This document shows positions 46,373 through 51,461 of a stretch of 51,461 bases of DNA, piece after piece (the stretch's first letter is position 1; every line of letters starts with the position of its first letter). Source of the stretch: an uncultured cyanobacterium (GTDB lineage: Bacteria; Cyanobacteriota; Cyanobacteriia; Cyanobacteriales; Microcystaceae); the NCBI GenBank assembly GCA_963807635.1, contig CAWEDJ010000044.1, positions 1 through 51,461 on the forward strand. Direction: 5' to 3'. Position numbers and translations under genes: made by a program. Below the pieces are notes generated by a model. It saw only the letters and a list, made by a program, of their open reading frames with translations. It was not told where the DNA came from and made no database searches.

Positions 46373-46769
46373 CTTTTAATATCCTTAAAATAAAATAGTG
46401 GGCGGACAACAAATTTTTTTTAAGCGTTAATTTAGACTGGATGTACTCATAGGATACGGCCAACAATGAAGGAAGCGTGTAATAATTCGGATTTTCTTGG
46501 ACGTTTGTTTTGAGGCAATGAAAAAGAGTGGCAAGAATCTCATTATCCTTGAATAAGGTAAAGTTTGAATTAAGAAAATCGTCAATTACTGAACAATTTC
46601 TCTGAAAATCCTGATTTTTGATGAAATTTTAGCCTAGACCTGGGAATAATTCATCCATCTTTGAAAATTTCCTTAAATTTTTATTGAGAACATCGCGTAA
46701 CGTTACCGTAAATCGATAAACTCACTAGGATAGATGTGACGAGACAAAAGAGACAAAAAAATTACTGTT

Positions 46770-47331
46770 ATGGCCTATTACTGGTTTAAAGCCTTTCACC
46801 TCATCGGGGTTGTCGTTTGGTTTGCGGGCTTATTCTATCTGGTGCGATTATTTGTTTATCACGCGGAAGCCAATCAAGAGCCAGAACCCGCCCAATCTAT
46901 CCTGAAAAAGCAGTATGAATTGATGGAAAAACGGCTATATGGGATCATTACTACCCCAGGCATGATCGTAACGGTGGCAATGGCGATCGGCCTAATTTCG
47001 ACGGAACCAGAAATTTTAAAATCAGGTTGGTTGCATATCAAGTTAACCTTTGTTGGCTTATTGTTGGTCTATCATTTTTACTGTGGACGAATTATGAAGC
47101 AATTGGCTAAGGGAGAATGCCAGTGGAGTGGGCAACAATTTCGGGCGTTGAATGAAGCTCCAACCATTCTGTTAGTGGTTATTGTCTTACTGGCTGTGTT
47201 TAAGAATAATTTGCCCCTAGATGCAACGACTTGGTTGATTGTGGCTCTGGTTATTTCAATGGTGGCTTCTATCCAACTTTATGCCAAGAAACTGCCGCAA
47301 GGATCAAGAAAAATTGAGTTTACAAGAATAG
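46770..47331 (+). CDS. hemJ: Protoporphyrinogen IX oxidase HemJ; extra base near 47293 alters the tail
   Basis: WFKAFHLIGVVVWFAGLFYLVRLFVYH, MEKRLY, WLHIKL, FRALNEAPT; corrected tail KKRRKDQEKLSLQE*. Confidence 0.93.
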
Positions 47332-47428
47332 CTTGTTGGTGAGTCTGGCAATATTGGTTTTTTGTAATCTGCAATCTGCTGTCATTCTTCTCGATTTGAA
47401 TTTCATCATTTTTTTCTATCTACCGATT

Positions 47429-47896
47429 ATGACGAATATGCTAACGATAGAACAGGCAAGCCATCTATACCAAAGTGATTATCAACTTTGGTTGGCAGAA
47501 ACTGCACAAAAATTGCGATCGCAGGATTTCGGCAACCTAGATTTAGACAATCTGATTGAAGAGGTAGAAAGTTTGGGTAGAAGGGAAAGAAATGCAATTT
47601 CCAGTTATTTAATGCGGCTTTGTGAGCATTTACTAAAAATTCGATATTGGGAATCAGAAAGGGATTATTGTTTGAGGGTTTGGAGTCGAGAAGTTAATAA
47701 TTTTCGGATTGCTATTCAAAGAGAATTAGAATCAAGTCCCAGTTTATGGTCTTTTTTACAGGACTGTTTCGTTAAGGAATATATCAATGGTAGAAAGCTC
47801 TTTTTGAATGCAAGTGGGTTTGATGCTAAGTCTATTCCAGAAGAGCCTTTTTTCACATTAGAACAAGCATTGGATGATGACTGGCTACCTTACTAA
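47429..47896 (+). CDS. DUF29 family protein
   Basis: LYQSDYQLWL, LDLDNLIEEVESLGRRER, HLLKIRYW, SPSL, FTLEQALDDDWLP. Confidence 0.92.
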   Translation: MTNMLTIEQASHLYQSDYQLWLAETAQKLRSQDFGNLDLDNLIEEVESLGRRERNAISSYLMRLCEHLLKIRYWESERDYCLRVWSREVNNFRIAIQRELESSPSLWSFLQDCFVKEYINGRKLFLNASGFDAKSIPEEPFFTLEQALDDDWLPY

Positions 47897-47991
47897 CAAA
47901 ATGATAATGATGGCATTAGGTTAATAATTTGAGTAATTTAAAAATAATGAGTTCTTTTTTAATGTTTTCACAAGTTAGAAAAACATAAACA

Positions 47992-48042
47992 CGATCGCGC
48001 TTTGAGAGATTCAATTTAACTTGAAAAACAAATTGCGATCGC
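47992..48042 (-). repeat. Small HIP1-bounded dispersed repeat, copy 2
   Basis: CGATCGC...TAACTTGAAAAACAAATT-GCGATCGC; reverse complement of 14063-14107. Confidence 0.7.
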
Positions 48043-48061
48043 CTTTGTCTGATTAGGATAA

Positions 48062-49737
48062 TTACTTAGAAGAAAACATACCATGTTCTCGTTTAAAGCG
48101 TTCAATCGCATCAACTAACTTAGGAACTGAAACTTCACTGATAAAATCTAACTTAAATTCTTCCCCCTGACTGAGATACTCCGCATAGGCTGATTGTAAA
48201 TAGGGACGAAACTTTTCATTTTGATTTAGATAAACTTCAAAAAAAGCAATTTGAATAGAAGAAGCATAATCTACGATCAGATCCTGACTCGGTAAGGTCA
48301 ACTGGGTCAGAGATTCAATACTTTTACTTAAGCCCGCATCTAATTCAGAAAAATTGACATGGGCCTGACCTTCTACCATCGCCCAATATTTCTGAGGACT
48401 GCTTAACCAAGTAAAAGAAGACGCTTGTTCCAAGGCGGGCGGAGTCGCAGGGTCATAACTCCCCGAACCGAGCATAATGGGAATCGTAATTTTACTGAGG
48501 CCTTTTTGACCAAAAATGCCGCGATTGACAGGATTAGCCGCAAATACTGCTGTCACCCGTTTATCTCGAAAATTATAGGTTTCTCTCGGTAAATCTAGGG
48601 CGCGACATTCCAATAACAGAGCGACGTTAATCCCACTATACAGTCGATCGCAATCTTGTTTCAGATGATTAAAATCAATTTCTGCCCCCGCGATCGCCAA
48701 AGCCGTATAGCCACCGAAAGAATGACCGCCCATCCCCACATTCTGTAGATCTAACCTGTTTTGGAATTGGGAAGCATTGCGCCGTTCCAATTCATCAATC
48801 ATAAAACTAATATCTTTCGGTCGATTAATAAAGTCATTCAGATCAAAGGCTTCACGATGATAGCCTTCCAACACTTCCTTGACCAAATGCTATCACTGCC
48901 AGGATGTTGGGGAGCCGCTATCAGAAAACCATAGGAAGCCAAGCGTTCAAGGCCCTGCGCGTAATCCTCTGGTCGAGAAGCTAATCCATGAGAAAAAACG
49001 ATCACGGGCATTCTTCCGCCCTGAGTCTGGGGAATATAGACATCGGCATACAAAGCGCGGTTTCTTCTCGTATCCGTTAAATTCCAAACTTGTTTAGTGA
49101 CTTTATAGGGGCCAGCTTGACGAAGATCGGGCAATTTAGCATAATCTACACGGGGATCGGTTGCCGCTTCTTCGGCTGTCAGCTTGCGAAACTCACTGAT
49201 CAAAGTTTCTGTTGCCTCGACAAAAAGACCAGCTTCCTGGGCAAATCCCAACAAAAGTTCTCCCTGAAGTTGCATATCCGTTGGTAAATTTTTTAGTACA
49301 TTCAGTAAAGAAAACCCGTCAGGTTCAGCAACGGCTTGAACAAAAGCGGCTCGCAGGGCGTATTTACCATTTCGTCCCCCCTGAATCGTAATACCTTTCC
49401 CCAAACGGGTGAGGACATCTTCTCCAATGGCGGTATTAAAAAAACGCGAGATGACAACAGGGGACAAAGGGACTTTTTTCGTCAATGCTTCTCGGAAGGC
49501 TTTCTGTTGTTCTGGCGTTGCAAATTGAAGATAAAACGCTAGATTCTTATTGATTTTTCCTTGCGTTGCAAATAATTCTAATGAGTCAACCCGTAGAGAA
49601 ATATTAAGGGGATTGTAGGTAAAAAAGATTTTTTGGTTAGCGTGGACTGGAACGGACGCTAAACAAGCCGTACAAATCCCTAGTAATAAGGAAATTATTT
49701 TTCGGGGCTTACGACGGAGATCCTGAATTTTAGCCAT
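48062..49737 (-). CDS. Alpha/beta hydrolase with N-terminal DUF1400; frameshift near 48885
   Basis: Signal peptide, SLELFATQGKI, FSHGLAS, QHPGSD, GHSFGG nucleophile motif. Confidence 0.88.
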
Positions 49738-49859
49738 TGGTTATGGTCACGCCTATCGGTAAAGAGGGAAGAATGAACAACGTTATCTTATCACTTACAT
49801 TGAGAATCGCATCAACAATATTGACAAAACTCAATCTTAAGTACATCAGGAATCATCAA

Positions 49860-51158
49860 TTAAATTTTACAGGTAGGTTCGGGAAGAATATTTTCAGATT
49901 TTTTGACATCCCAACGGTTAACTTGAGGACTAAAAACTAAATTAATCACTCGACTTTCACAGATTGTTTCGCCATTTTTAAGAGAATAACGCAGACCGAC
50001 TTTGACCTGGGCTTTATCTTCAGATTCTTTGAGAATATTTTGATCAAAAATCTCAACATTGTGGACAAAATTAAAGGATTTATGTTCCTGACTATTTTCT
50101 AGATTTTTGTAATGTTGTTTAATGGCTTCTTGGAGAGGGGGTTTAGTTGGAGCCTTTGACGAGGAACTGATGTCTCTTTCTTTAATTAAAACATTGCTAA
50201 AATTTACACCGCTATTGGCTCCCTTTTCTTGATGGGAAATAAGAGCAACTTTTCCTGAACGATACTCTTGATCTGCAAAGCTTCCCACTTTTTTATCGTT
50301 AATAAAACCAATAATTAAATTATCTTTACAGACGATTCTCAAACGGTTGACTTTTCCCCCAGGCGCGATCGCCGAATTTTTGCGCCAAGCAACCTTATCT
50401 TCCCAGGTATCAGGAGTGTGTTTCCCCATCGCAAAGGAACCATCGGGCTGAATTCTTAAATAATAAAAGTTTTGGTTTTTTTCGCCATTCACCCTAGCCG
50501 CAATACCAACGGATAAATCGGGGGAAGGATTGGCGATCGCGACCTCATGAGAGACATCCACATCCTTAAATTGTTCATTTTTTAACAAAGAAAAATGTTC
50601 AATCTTAGTCTGAGAATGGGGATGACTCAAGTTGTCTGAACGAATACTCGCTCCAGGAGAAAGCATCCATTTTTGGGGACTCTTTAAGTCATTATTAATC
50701 GCCACCTTTTGAAATTCTTTTGTATCAAATTTCAAATTGGCTAACCAATATAACCCTCCAGTAAACCCGCCCAGAACGAGCAACAGAAACAGAAAAATCC
50801 CACCGATTTGCACGAAATCAAATACTTCCCAAAAATTAGTTGATACGGGGGAACTCCAAGATTTTTTCTTTTGAAAAGAAAACTCACGGGGGCGAGCAGG
50901 CAAAACGGCTACCTCAGCCTGTGTCGGTCTTCCCGCTTTAGTTGAATAAACAGGGGTAGAGTTTTGAGCGATCGCGATCGAACTCCTTTGGGCATTTTTT
51001 CGCTGGGGAGAAGAGGAAGTAGCATTAAGCATAAAGTTAGCTCCCGCCGATTGTCTTCCCTTGAGAGTAAGTTGACTTCCCCCACAGAACTGACAATCCC
51101 TCGTCTTCACGGACAAGCTAAATTGCTTGCCACATTGCTTGCATTGATAAGTCGCCAT
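49860..51158 (-). CDS. Zn-ribbon + single TM + DUF1080-like beta-sandwich membrane protein
   Basis: CKQC...CQFCGG; TM IGGIFLFLLLVLGG; YYLRIQPDGSF, NRLRIVCK...FINDKKV, SGKVAL. Confidence 0.65.
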   Translation of the reverse strand: MATYQCKQCGKQFSLSVKTRDCQFCGGSQLTLKGRQSAGANFMLNATSSSPQRKNAQRSSIAIAQNSTPVYSTKAGRPTQAEVAVLPARPREFSFQKKKSWSSPVSTNFWEVFDFVQIGGIFLFLLLVLGGFTGGLYWLANLKFDTKEFQKVAINNDLKSPQKWMLSPGASIRSDNLSHPHSQTKIEHFSLLKNEQFKDVDVSHEVAIANPSPDLSVGIAARVNGEKNQNFYYLRIQPDGSFAMGKHTPDTWEDKVAWRKNSAIAPGGKVNRLRIVCKDNLIIGFINDKKVGSFADQEYRSGKVALISHQEKGANSGVNFSNVLIKERDISSSSKAPTKPPLQEAIKQHYKNLENSQEHKSFNFVHNVEIFDQNILKESEDKAQVKVGLRYSLKNGETICESRVINLVFSPQVNRWDVKKSENILPEPTCKI

Positions 51159-51461
51159 AGATTGATCAAAAACATAAATTAAACCAATAAATAGGATTCA
51201 GTCAGCAAGCAACATGACATTTGAAAATCATGATACCACCAAAAAATCAAAACTGTACACGAATACAATATTTTTTTTAAGATATGGTCGTTTTCCTCTA
51301 TCTAGTCCATCGGCTGTCACGCATTTGAATTGCATAGCGGTGTCATGCACTCATTCAGTAACGCTGCTAGTCGATAGCATAAAAACAAAATTATTTCAAG
51401 CTTTTTAGGTAAGGTTTTTGGCATTAAACTCCCTACCTTCATCAGCCTTGACAAGTTGTAA

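Noticed and set aside
46373..46769. Riboswitch upstream of the cation antiporter
   Set aside because: No known aptamer consensus recognised; an Rfam scan would be needed
51214..51408. 64-aa ORF and weak hairpin with TGTCA(C/T)GCA repeats
   Set aside because: No RBS or family features; structure too weak to support

Overview
51.5-kb chromosomal window from a cyanobacterium, most likely a unicellular or colonial Synechocystis-like form (very frequent HIP1 octamer GCGATCGC; psbD, sigF, pmgA, hemJ, pucC-type MFS, a Yfr2 sRNA). Housekeeping genes (miaB, rsmI, deoC, ilvA, gyrB, Na+/H+ antiporter) alternate with AT-rich accessory or defence cargo: a GIY-YIG/T5orf172 protein, a MazF toxin-antitoxin pair, a HEPN-motif protein, and a Septu-like ATPase+HNH pair disrupted by an IS4. 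There is an IS cluster at 8.9-13.2 kb (ISNCY-type element, IS3 nested in IS1, ISAs1 relic) and gyrB carries a 551-aa intein. The most unusual pattern occurs twice: integrase-free cargo lies between a gene's 3' end and a second, decayed copy of the same 3' end (psbD, where all five substitutions between copies are synonymous; and a TetR-family gene), with HIP1 sites and a small HIP1-bounded repeat at the junctions. Many conserved genes carry single-base frameshifts near GCGATCGC/GGCC/CCGC motifs, which are probably long-read consensus errors rather than true pseudogenes. Family assignments come from motif recognition only; no database search was run.
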